A stretch of DNA of 64,000 nucleotides from Microbotryum violaceum (lineage: Eukaryota). The notes beneath the pieces are model-generated. The model made no database searches and was not told where the DNA came from. It saw only the letters and a program-made list of their open reading frames with translations. This document shows, one piece after another, positions 1-15,261 of the stretch. The stretch spans positions 310,001-374,000 of the forward strand of contig CDLV01000013.1 in assembly GCA_001244265.2 (NCBI GenBank), read 5' to 3'. The translations under genes and the position numbers were made by a program. Position 1 is the first letter of the stretch. The number at the start of each line of letters is the position of its first letter.

Positions 1-155
1 GAGTGGATGAATGATAGAGAGAGGGGGTCGTGAGCGGGGCCGAGTGGAGCAGCGAGTGACGATGGACCGAATTCCAAAGCGGCCCTTCGCCTCGCGGGGC
101 ATGGGCTTTGACTCCCTCTACATCGCTCAAACCACACTCAAGGCCCTCTTTCACC

Positions 156-893
156 ATGCCGAGACACGATTCAAGCGCTGGGAAGCCTCAGAAGAAGAGC
201 AAGAGTCAGTCCCCATTTCATGCTCCCATACACTCCCTCGTGAGAGTGCGGAGGTCGGGCTCGAGTCGCCGTCTCGACTTCGACTTCGCAACCCACTCCG
301 CGAGCGGTCATCGTCCCGTGACCTGAGAGCAGTCTGGTGGAGCTGACCTCGATCCCCTTCTTCTGCGTGTCGACAATAGACTCGAGCCACAAGAAAGCGA
401 CGTAGGTGCTAGTCAAATTAGTACACGTCCAATAGCCCTGAGAAAGGGCCCTGCACTTACCTCCGCTCCCGATTGCCCCTGGCTGGCAATTCCGCATACA
501 CTCAGCACCAAGCCTGGTCGATCGTCCAACTTTAACGCTTTCCTTAATGTGAGTGCGGAATGATCCTATCCATCTGTCTCCATCTGATGGGGTTGATACA
601 AATTCCGACCTGGCATACATCTTAACGACTGTTGCTGACGGCCACGGGAACTCTTGCCGAGACGTGCAGATGAAACTAGCCGAGCTGAAGAAATCCGAGC
701 CGACTCTGTCCCATGCTGAACGGCTCAAGCAGATCAATGATCTTTGGAAGGTGAGCTCGAAAGACATCCGCCAGACCCTCGGGCGTTGATCCCGTGTTTT
801 CAAAGCTGGCTGATGGTCCGTGCTGACTTAGTGTGACTTCACTCGGCTCGTGACGTTTGGTAGATCGAGACGGGCAAGAAGAAGCAGCAGTGA
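156..893 (+). CDS. Small basic YABBY/HMG-box-like protein, 5 exons
   Basis: GT-AG splicing (introns ~205-379, 402-505, 549-669, 751-863) gives MPRHDSSAGKPQKKSKNSSHKKATTKPGRSSNFNAFLNMKLAELKKSEPTLSHAERLKQINDLWKIETGKKKQQ*, which resembles the YABBY/HMG-like pattern S.YN.F....L..LK...P.LSH.E.F.....W. Confidence 0.7.
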
Positions 894-1144
894 TCGCATC
901 CACCCTTGTGTCTTCGTATTCGTGGCCATCTTTCTTTGTTGTAATATCAAGTTGCCCCTTTACTTCTTTTTCTGTCTATATAACACTTTGACTTCGCTGT
1001 CGAGAACCGCTTTCTCGGCCAACGGCCTTCGGGGTTCTTGGCAGCGCAGCCCCACTTTGACTCGGAGATGTCCAGTCCTCCTCGCGCGCGCTTTTCCCCA
1101 CTTCACCCAACCTCCACTCCGCTTCACAAGTTTTGCCATACACC

Positions 1145-2740
1145 ATGGCACCCATCAAAGTCGCCGCAATCCAAGCTTCTTCGTGTGCCTACTCACTCGA
1201 CGAGTCGCTCGAAAAATTGTGGACCTTCACAAAGGAAGCGTCGGACGAAGGGCGAGCACAGCTGCTCGTCTTCCCAGAAGCGTTTCTCTCCGCGTACCCA
1301 AGACATCTGGCATTCGCCATTGGGAGTCGAACGTACGAGCAAAGGGACTGGTACGCGAGATACTTGGAAAGCGCGGTCAAGATCCCGCCGGGCGCCATGG
1401 GTCAACGTCATGGCGACCAAGATCGTAGCGAGACTCGTGACGCCCCGGCCAATGACTCGGATGAGTTTAGGGCGTTCAGAAGAATATGCTCAATCGCCGA
1501 AGTTTTCAAAGTCGTATGTAGCCTGAATCCAATACGATGGACTCTCAAGCGTCGCACTGAGACCTTTTTCTTGGCCCATCCCTTTTCGCAGTTCTTGTCC
1601 GACGATCGGCATCATCGAACGCTCCCTCGTTGGTGCGACGTTGTGGTGCAGCAAGATTCTCGTTTCCCCCGAGGGTAGGCTTTTGAGCCTTCATAGAAAG
1701 CTGCAGCCCACGGCTTGCGAGCGCAAGTTCTATATATCTGGGTTCGTGCTCGTTCACTCCCAAGTGAAGACATTGATAGCTGTGTCTCCTTTGCAGGCGT
1801 CGTATGGTCGCAAGGCCATGCGTGGAACGAGGATCAGCAAGGGTCCAGCTTGCAGGTGGTGGATACACCCATTGGAAAGGTCGGTCTCCCCGAGTGGCAT
1901 GCTGCTACGATCAAGACCTGTCAGTGGCTGACAAAATGTTTCGCTCGGCCATGTGGGGCGGCACATTTCTAGATTGGCGGCCTGATTTGCTGGGAGACCT
2001 TCATGCCCCTACCACGATACGCCCTTTATCAGAAGGGTGTCGAGATGTACGTCGAAAAGCACGCTCTTCCTTGTTCGTGTACTTGAATGAGTGACGACCT
2101 CAAATTTGCTTTTCTGGAACGGAACAGTTGGACGGCACCGACCGCCGACGCTCGACCGACCTGGGCTCCGGCTATGCAGCACATCGCTCAGGAAGGACGG
2201 TGTTTCGTCACTTCTGATGCGTCAAATTTTACCACATGACTCTTAAGTGTCAAGCTCAAGCTCAAGCTCATCTCGTCGTACCCTTGTTCCCCTCGCATCA
2301 GCCAACCAATACCATAAGTCATCCGACTACCCCGCGGACCATCCCGCCAACGCCTCACCCGCTAGAGCCCCCGAAGCGGCCGAAGCAGAAGTCTGGAGTC
2401 GCTTTTTTATTTTATTTGATAGACTTCATTAACAGCATAATTAGTCGCGGTGGATCGGTCATAGTTGATCCATTGGGAACGATCTTAGCCGGCCCTCTAT
2501 GGGACAAGGAAGGAATTCTCTACGCTGAGGTCAGTGTGGTGGAGTCCTGCTGCGCGTTGCGCATTGTGCAACGCTCGGGGCTGACAAAGCACCTTAGGCC
2601 CATAGATCGATGTTTCCTGCATTCCTGGGACCAAGTTGGATTTTGACCCTGTTGGTCATTATGCGAGGGAAGATCTGTTCAACTTCTCTGTCCCTACGGA
2701 TCACGCCCCACGGGGGGTGGAAACTACAGGCCCAGACTAA
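1145..2740 (+). CDS. Nitrilase (carbon-nitrogen hydrolase family), multi-exon
   Basis: IKVAAIQ, VFPEAF (catalytic E), HRKLQPT (K), [13 protein letters not shown] (C), [20 protein letters not shown]. Confidence 0.93.
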
Positions 2741-2883
2741 GAAAGGCATTGCTAGGGAAAACGGCGGGGTAACGGTAGAATGAAGGCGACTCATAAAAAA
2801 GGCTAGCTCGAAAGGAGTATTGAAGAGGGGTATATGATGGGGTTCGGTTCTGGAAATCCAAGACCCGATCGTTGATCGTCTAT

Positions 2884-4636
2884 TTAGTCCGTAGCGAAGC
2901 CGTCGATAGGGGTCTTCAATGCCTTGTCGATGGCATTGAAGGCTGTGGGGTCATACAAAAAGTTGAATGTTAGCAACTTGGAGCGCTCATGTGTTGGAGC
3001 TTCTGCACTTGCCAAGATTGTCGAGCCCGATAGAGGAGACAAAAACACCGAGGTATTCCTGCTGGACGGCTATCTGCGCTCGGTAGGACGCCGAGCGAGC
3101 ATCAAGATAGGTGATGAAGCTCTTGGTTCCGGGATTGAAAAGGAAAGGCGTCCTGGAGCAGTGATCGTAGTGCCTTTTGTATCCCCTGCCGGCGGTCAAC
3201 CCATCCTCGCCCTTGAGGATCCCCTGCGCCTTCAACTTGACAAACGTGTTGTCTGCGCCGTTATAGGTCTCGTACCTTTGACGAATGCGAATCTGGTACT
3301 TCTTGGGAACTTGCTGGTCGCCGTACACAACGCTTGTGCGGAGCGTATTGTTGTGGAGGGTGAATGCCTTGCCGAACGAAGGAATACCGAGCATGATCTT
3401 GTTGGCGACGAAGCCAGCCTTGATGAAGCGCTCGATGTCGGTAGTGACCGACCTTCCGGTACCGCATTGGTGGGAGGGCGAGTCAGGACCGGTCCATTCA
3501 TTCCATGCTCCAACGTAATGGTAGGCCATGACGTTGAAGGCATCGACGACCTCGGCGAAGTCCTGGTAGTTGCTCAAGGTCGTGGTGCCGCTCGGCGCGA
3601 AGATGCCGTTGGGCGACACGGCGGCGGAGAGCCACTCCTTGGGACGAGAGCGACGCAAATCCTTAAGCAACTTGAGCAGGTTGGCCGAGTCCTTGGGATC
3701 GATTTCGTTCTTGGGGTTACCGTGGACGGTGGGGAATTGCCAGCCTATTAAAAGATGATGAATGGTCAAGATCATGGAGTTGGGAGGATAGTTGGGCTTG
3801 CTGTGCACTCACTGATATCGACACCATCGGTATTGTACTATTATTCGCGGAGAAGAGTATTAGCTATGATTCCAGAGTCATCTCCATTCATACTTCACTT
3901 AGTAACAAGCCCAAATACTGACCTTTCTGCCGACCTCAAGGATCTGCTCGACGAACTTGGCGCGCGCAGTTTCGGTCCTGACCAGGCTCGAAAAATATTG
4001 CTGTTGGGCACAAGAGATAGGGGGCGATAGCTTGTGTCAGTCACGTGCCCGAGTATCGAGTCAACTTTTATTGGGACTAGTATGGTACCGAGCCTTCAGG
4101 TCCACCGATGGAGAGCACTGCCTTCTTCTTGTCTGTTACGTGGTAGGTCAGGGGTAAGTTTCAATTTTAGAATAGGGGCCACTGGGGGATCAAGCATATT
4201 TGAATTGTAACTCACGTGCGTGGGCTCTCAACACGAAATCTGCAAGGCCAGGTTTGCCGGCAGGGAAGGCGAGTCCATTCTTGGCCGTCACAGCGGCCCT
4301 AGTGAATGTGGACCAAAGAGGGGGTTGAGGACGAGGTCTCAGCTCTAACCGTTCGCCTTTCGCCGGGTGAAGAGGCCCGAGGGTTGCCCGGCTGGCGCAC
4401 GCTAGCCGTCAGCGTACTCACATGTAGTAGCCAATATCAGTGACGTTCCAGTCAATGGCGGCGTCGACCTGCGACCTGTAAGGAAGGAGGGGGCGAATCA
4501 GTCTACCTATGCAGATTAGGATCAATCTGGGGTGGGCGCGGACCACATTGTGAGGGGTGTGTTGACGACTTACGCGGGGTAATAGGCGGCGAGCAGGCCT
4601 TTCTTGGCCGAGACGGCGACAAGAAGTGAAGCAAGG
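2884..4636 (-). CDS. Secreted GH18 chitinase-like protein, predicted catalytically inactive
   Basis: Signal peptide MLLSTTLLASLLVAVSA; GH18 segments LSIGG, YNTDGVDISWQFP (spliced), FNVMAYH, KIMLGIPSFG, TPFLFNP..FITYLD. Confidence 0.88.
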
Positions 4637-4902
4637 AGTGTGGTGCTCAAGAGCATGTTGGGTGACTGGTCGCTCGGGGGGAGGGGGGAGGGGGGGGGGA
4701 GAATGAGAGAAGGCTCTAGTCCCACGTCAAGCTATACTTGTCTAGCGAGGCCGTCAACAGGTGCCAAGCACTCCGGAACTGGACTCGGCAGAGCGCGGAA
4801 AAGGAGGCCACTTGAATCGGGGGGTGAGCGGTGTGAGCGCGGCCTCAGCTCCCACGGGCCTTGCCCACGAGTGAGACAAGCTCACTTCTCCATGTTTGAA
4901 TA

Positions 4903-6147
4903 CAGTCAGACCTGAGAAAATTTATATCGCCCAATCTTATACCTGTCAATATTTATGAACTTTCCAATCTCCCGACTTTTTTTTGCTGACAGAACCTGTC
5001 CAATCTTATACCTTATAATTTATGGGTTTACAGGCCGGAAATGAGCGATTGATCAGGAATTGGCCTCTCCTTCGGCGTTCTTGTTGGCGAGCCGCCTGCT
5101 GGAAGAGTCCGAAATGCCCCGGAACAGCCGAGAAGCGAGCACAGTAGAGCAAAGGCGGCGGTTGACACGGTGACAGGCTAGTCGTGACGTGCTTCTCTCT
5201 CCTCTTCCGCCGACAATGACGCCGAAATGAACTTCTTCACAATCCGAGAAGCCCTCATCAGAAATTCCTCTTCATATCATCATGGTCTCATTCCCTTCCC
5301 GGAATTCAACTGCTGGCGCCACGCTCAAATCTTGTCTGATCGCAAGAACAATGACCATACCACTTCTTCCCAACGGTCGCGGGCCTCTCGATGACGATCG
5401 CGGCATCATCAACGCGATGAACGCGATGAAGACGGCGAACGATGAGCTGGTCGAAAAGGGGATAATTACGAGCAACGAGGAGATGAGTATCCACTTTCTC
5501 GTCGATGTGGAGGAGGAGAATCTTGCTGGTGGGGCTGAAATGACCGATCAGGAGATTGCGGAACTGGTCATTGCCGAAGAGTTGGAGGAGAATTGCGAGG
5601 GAGAACTCGAAGGAGGAGGGGAGGAAGCGGAGATAGAGCTCCGACCGGCGGAGCGAACGACGCTGAAGGAGGCAATCTCAGCGCTTGATGTTTTCCTTAG
5701 GTTTGCTATGAATGGGTACTCAGGTCCAGCGTATTTGATTTCTTTTGAGCACGAGGCTACGAGGATTCGCAGGACTCTTGTTGCCGAGCAGGATGCCGCG
5801 AGGATTCAGACGACAATGACTTCGTATTTCCAGCGTCAGTAGGTCAAGCTATTTTTTCTCGGAGCTTTCAAAACTTGCCAGATGTCATCATGCCTCAGTA
5901 GAGGCCGTACATTGGTGGCAATTCAGTAATTCGAGCCTACTGAATTTACTCCCCCTCAAAAGTCAATGTATCGACTCAAACGATGCAGGAAAATTCTTGA
6001 TTTGATGTAGGAAGCTTAAAAACGGAGTTCCAGGTCATAATGTAGTGATTTGAAGCCGAAGTCTCTAAGAAGTCTCTAAGCTTATACCTGTCTTAATTTA
6101 TGGGAAAATCCGTCCACCGAAAATATAAATTTTCTCAGGTCTGACTG
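4903..6147 (+). mobile_element. pogo/Tigger-type (Tc1/mariner superfamily) non-autonomous derivative
   Basis: 25-bp perfect TIR CAGTCAGACCTGAGAAAATTTATAT at both ends, TA target duplication (4901-4902, 6148-6149), subterminal CTTATACCT repeats. Confidence 0.92.
5282..5842 (+). pseudogene. C-terminal remnant of pogo/CENP-B-like transposase
   Basis: Acidic tail MTDQEIAELV...TLKEAISALDVF and terminal QTTMTSYF typical of Tigger/pogo transposases; no HTH or DDE core. Confidence 0.75.
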
Positions 6148-6867
6148 TAGATCTGTTTTAGTCCCCTTTACGATTTGGATAGTCACATGTCACACTTCGC
6201 GGTCAAGTGCTCTTGGCAAATCTACGAGCACGACCACTGCCAGTTGATATTATTAAAGGTGTGACTAAATCCGGCCAAGTGCCCGATTGTGAAAGGAGCC
6301 TTCTTCTGCCAGTGGGCGCCTTGTCGAAGTTGTCGCAGATAGATTCTGTCTTTGTGAGCAAGACCGGTGAAGCTGGAACCGATCGCGCCTGACTTAAAGC
6401 TAGAGACGCCTTGACGTCGCCGTTGAGACTTGTGTAACGGCCAGCCGGAAGTGACTGCAGTGCAACCTTGCAAAGGCACACGCACCGTGCGATCATCATG
6501 AACCTGATCAGCTGTGGCGATATTGACATTTGCGGTAAGTAGTGCTGAGTTAAGCCGGAGACAATAGGCTGTGTTTGAGACTCCCGCTCCAGCACGAGTC
6601 TCGTGGGCCACTGCAGTATCGTGTCGGACAACTGGGAAAACTCATCGACATGGCCAACATCGATCATCGACACCGACGATTGAGCCCACTTCCGACCTCC
6701 GGGATAAGATTTGACATGGGGTGGGCAGGATAGGCAAAGCAGAGGTACCTTCTCTACCAAAGCTACCGCCCGTGACGATATCCGGTCGCCGGCCTTGGGG
6801 ATTCGCCGGGCCGGCGGGTGCACTGAACTTGCCGACGAGTTGCGGACCCCTATGCGATAACGCCGGT

Positions 6868-7355
6868 GAAAAGGGCGGTACACCTTTTGGATCCATCTTA
6901 AAAAGGCGGTCACTCCCCTCCTGGTCCTCGTCGGTCCTTATTTCGTCCTCAGGGAGGGGGCGTTGGCACTCTTGGTACAGGGGTGAAAGGATTTCACGGA
7001 ATAGGCGCGATTCCTCATATTCGGCGGCAATGTCAACGGGGACGGTGAAGATGCGCGCGAGGATGTCGTCAAAGTCTTGGATGCGGGTCCTATACTCCTT
7101 CAAAACTCTCGCACTCCCTCCACCTCTCTTTCGCTTCTGCCCCAGCGCAAAACGCAATATACTGGCGCAGAAGCGCTGACCGTTCCAAGCTCCTTAGACG
7201 AGCGTCGTTGAACACAAACTGCTTGTACGTTTCTTTCTTCGACTGACCACGTGTGGCTGGTTCGAAACTTTCGTCTTGGCGCAGATCAGCCAGTGATAAT
7301 CGCTCGGCGGTTGCACTATAGTCAGGCGCGATTGGTATATGGGATGTTCGATCCG
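6868..7355 (-). repeat. 488-bp inverted copy of 8088-8575 (KDZ derivative fragment)
   Basis: Reverse complement matches 8088-8575 by eye, including the chimeric junction; ORFs 6642..7157(-) and 8286..8681(+) begin identically. Confidence 0.93.
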
Positions 7356-7442
7356 AGAGGAAGCATTTGGCTCAGGTTATATTCGGTCAGCCGAGTCTTG
7401 CGGAAAGTCGCATCATGATTTTCGATCGATCACCGCTCGGAC

Positions 7443-11853
<4,411 letters not shown>

Positions 11854-12125
11854 GCTCGGACCTCTTTTTCCGTTCGCCCACCCCACTCGACCCGATTCGC
11901 CGTCTTTTCTGTTCATCACTCGCTGCATTCGACGCCTCGCCCTCGCTGTTCCCCTCGGTTGTGGTGTGGCTGAAGAGGAAGAAGGTGAGCTCTCAGTGAC
12001 GATGTCTTGAGGTTCTTGCGCCACCTTTGCTAGTACTACATGCTGACGACGTTCACTCGGGTGCACAGAGCTCGGCACGACATTCCGATCGCGTGGAGGG
12101 CGTGCCTGGTGTCGACTCGACCACG

Positions 12126-15100
12126 ATGCTAAGGCGAAAGTGTCGGTCGATAGTACCACCCTCGATGGCGACCCTCGAGACCTGTCATATTGCTGCAGTG
12201 CTGCCAGCGTTCCTGCTACCGGCCTTCGCAATCGAGCGAGCGGTCCTCCAGCTCGACGTCCACCTCGCCAGCGATGGCGCACCCTCATTCGTTCCGATGG
12301 CAACCACGTCCTCGCATGCACAATCTTATCTATCACCATCAAGTCAACACCGTAGCTTGCCACCCTCAAAGCCTCGCCTGCGGTCACGAACGGCGTCGTC
12401 GTCATCTTGGGCGATCAACTCGAGTCGCTCGTTCAGCTCCTCCGCTGTCACGTCACAATCTCTCGACTCGAGCAGTCCCCCAGAACAGAGTCACCCACGT
12501 GTATGGACAAGTGATGATTCGAGAACAACCGAGCACCGGATAGGGAGCTTCGCGTACCGAAAGGGTAGACTCGCCTCGTCTTCCAGCCAGCTGTCCGGGA
12601 TCCCACCTCGCTATAACAGTCAAGGGCGCGTGTATAATCCAAATGCCACCTCACAACATCCCAAAACGCACGGTATAGACCAATGTCCTGGTGCTATCCG
12701 TGATCGTATGCACAGATTGGCTGAGCCGGCGAACCGCAGCGAGTTGCTTCGAGCGATCCACCAAGCCCCGGTCTCGGATTGGGGCGACAACGCGCTCTAC
12801 TCATTGCTCGAACTCAAGGATCATACCAGACGGCTCGCACGTCTTGACGACATCGCTCCCATTACCGCACTATCCACGCTCGGTATCGCTGCAGGTCAGC
12901 CGACTTTTTCGCTGCAGCTACTTCGCAATTCAATGGATGCTATCCTCCTTCGGTATGCGAACGACCCTAAGGAGGCGATCCGGAAAATTTCGAAGCTGGT
13001 CGAACAGCCACTCCGTCGTCTGAGGCACGACAAATCATTTGTGACAGCTTTGTCCGTTACCAATTCTGCGCTTGCTCGCAACTGCTTCACGCCGGTTGTG
13101 CTCAAAAATCACCTGCGCGCTCTTTACGAACTCGATCGATACCCCGAGGCAATTCGCGCGTTTCACATGTTCGAAGAGCACGGTCTCGAACCTGATGCAG
13201 CTTCTTGGGATGACTATGTTGGCGCCCACCTACACCACTCGGATGTGCAGACAGCGCAGGCGGTCCTCGCTGAGAAGATCGAACGGGGCCACGGTACGAC
13301 ATCCAACACGGTCCTGACTTTGCTCGATGGCATGTACCGGTACGGAGGCAGTCGCGTTATGGAAGACCGGGCTCTTGAAGATGTCACTCCGGAAGCATTG
13401 ATGCGTTCGCAAGCGGTTTCGCAAGATGTCCGAGTGCTAAACAAAATCATCGCGGCTCGATTCGCCCGACGGGACGCGGCGGGTGCTCTCCAGGTGTTTC
13501 AACGCTACTTCGATGTATCACCTGAGCTACGGAGTCGAGTGGCCGAGGCTTTCAAAATCGATTCACTAGAGTCACCATTATTTTTCGACCACTATCAGCC
13601 GACACCCGATTTGGCGACACTCGCCATCATCACCAAAGCTTTGGCTCGGACACGCCAATTCGAGACTGCGCTCAGCTTTATCGTGGAAGAGTCGCAGCAG
13701 CCAACGCTTGGCTTGGTCATCGACGACCACACCATTGCTGTCATCGTTCTTTGTCTAGTTGAACGTCAGCCCAACGGACTAGCTGAGGCGAACCGATTCC
13801 TACAAGCCCTGCCCCACGGCGAGGGGCGCGTCGAGCTGGTTGGTACCGCATTTCGGACAGTTGATTTCCCGCGTTTCGAACCGTCCGGCATGTCCTTTGA
13901 AACCCTGCTGGCTGCCACGCTCCGCCAGACTGGGTTGACGGGTGCCAAATCTCTGCTCGAACGCCTCGTGGAAACGCACAGCAACGGCTCGGTCAGCGTG
14001 TCTGAGGGAACGATCACGATCCTCGTCGAGTACCTCGCCCAACAAGTCGGCCAAATTGTCGAAGCCGCTTCGCTGATCATCCGATTGTGGGAGCTGTCGT
14101 CGGACCGTGAGAATCAAAGGCCGAGTCTGAAGAACGTCAGTGCTCTGCTTCGGGGAGCTTTGCAATCGGCGAAGAACAAGTCGATGCCTTCACGAGATGC
14201 ATTTACTTTAACGCGTGCCGTGCTTCCGCCAAATCTCCTCCCCCCCGCTAGCGACGAACATTCCGGCAGACCCTATCAGTCCATTATCGGCCCCGATGCT
14301 GCCAAGATACGAGCCTCCCTCGTCGCTCGGGTTCTGCAACCTGATCGGACGACGGCAGAGCTCCTGCTTGAGACTGTGTCCCCCGTCAATTCGATGGTGA
14401 ACGACACCGAGCACATGTGGGAGCATCTTCAATCCTCGATCCTTAGCCGTGGGATCAGGCCCACGTATCGACATCTGGACCTCATCCTCCGAGCTTACAT
14501 CCACCTCGGGGACCCGGCTGGGGCTCTTCGCGCCCTCGATCGTGGCTTGAACCACCTGTTGATCGAAGCTCATCCCGCTCTATACGCCACCCTCATCAAC
14601 GGCTTCACGTTATGCGGTGACTTAGATGGCGCTCTCCAAGTTTACGCAGAAATGAGTGATCGCGGGATCGATCCCAATCGCCGCGTATACGTCGCTTTGG
14701 TGATTGGGTTCATCCGTCAGCGCAAACATGACGCCGCTCGCATGGTGCTCGAAGAAGCCAAGCAAAGCCTAGCGGATCAATCAATCGACACGAATCCCAT
14801 CTTTGTCGGCGTAGAGTACCGCGCTAGAATCGCGCGTGATCCTTTCCCGGATGCGGTCCGATGGCTTCATGCCAAGCTGGCGACGGGCCAGGTCGAGATC
14901 GACGAGGTGCTCGCTCGGATCGTGAAGCGTTCCTGGAGATGGGCCAAGTGGAAGCTCAATCGCCGCAGTCGAGGGTTGATCGAATTCAAGGGTGGCCTGC
15001 CTCGGAACGAGTGGAGCGATGAGGAGGTTGCTGAGATTGTCGAGTCGTTGGAAGAGACGTGGAAGTGGGCGAGAACAGCGAGAGCGAATCGACGGCAGGA

Positions 15101-15158
15101 ACTGGGTCGAGGCTGGAACGAGGCGCAGAAAATTTGGAATGGCTCGAGAAAGTCGTAG
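12126..15158 (+). CDS. Pentatricopeptide-repeat (PPR) protein, probably mitochondrial; single exon
   Basis: ~1010-aa ORF with PPR motifs, e.g. LYATLINGFTLCGDLDGALQVYAEMSDRGIDPNRRVYVALVIGF; Arg/Ser-rich N-terminus; start codon uncertain. Confidence 0.88.
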   Translation: MLRRKCRSIVPPSMATLETCHIAAVLPAFLLPAFAIERAVLQLDVHLASDGAPSFVPMATTSSHAQSYLSPSSQHRSLPPSKPRLRSRTASSSSWAINSSRSFSSSAVTSQSLDSSSPPEQSHPRVWTSDDSRTTEHRIGSFAYRKGRLASSSSQLSGIPPRYNSQGRVYNPNATSQHPKTHGIDQCPGAIRDRMHRLAEPANRSELLRAIHQAPVSDWGDNALYSLLELKDHTRRLARLDDIAPITALSTLGIAAGQPTFSLQLLRNSMDAILLRYANDPKEAIRKISKLVEQPLRRLRHDKSFVTALSVTNSALARNCFTPVVLKNHLRALYELDRYPEAIRAFHMFEEHGLEPDAASWDDYVGAHLHHSDVQTAQAVLAEKIERGHGTTSNTVLTLLDGMYRYGGSRVMEDRALEDVTPEALMRSQAVSQDVRVLNKIIAARFARRDAAGALQVFQRYFDVSPELRSRVAEAFKIDSLESPLFFDHYQPTPDLATLAIITKALARTRQFETALSFIVEESQQPTLGLVIDDHTIAVIVLCLVERQPNGLAEANRFLQALPHGEGRVELVGTAFRTVDFPRFEPSGMSFETLLAATLRQTGLTGAKSLLERLVETHSNGSVSVSEGTITILVEYLAQQVGQIVEAASLIIRLWELSSDRENQRPSLKNVSALLRGALQSAKNKSMPSRDAFTLTRAVLPPNLLPPASDEHSGRPYQSIIGPDAAKIRASLVARVLQPDRTTAELLLETVSPVNSMVNDTEHMWEHLQSSILSRGIRPTYRHLDLILRAYIHLGDPAGALRALDRGLNHLLIEAHPALYATLINGFTLCGDLDGALQVYAEMSDRGIDPNRRVYVALVIGFIRQRKHDAARMVLEEAKQSLADQSIDTNPIFVGVEYRARIARDPFPDAVRWLHAKLATGQVEIDEVLARIVKRSWRWAKWKLNRRSRGLIEFKGGLPRNEWSDEEVAEIVESLEETWKWARTARANRRQELGRGWNEAQKIWNGSRKS

Positions 15159-15261
15159 CTTGAGTAGTACGAAATGCAAACTGTATCATCTTCGATCAAA
15201 AACGGTACAGCGAGAAATAAAATGATCCACTAATTTATCTACGAGTGACGTCCCAGGAATA

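Noticed and set aside
2924-3751. 275-aa plus-strand ORF and similar long antisense ORFs (e.g. 34591..35292)
   Set aside because: Shadow ORFs opposite real GC-rich genes
6150-6867. Gene from ORFs 6203..6913 or 6222..6611
   Set aside because: No recognisable motifs; the longer ORF partly arises from the inverted TE fragment
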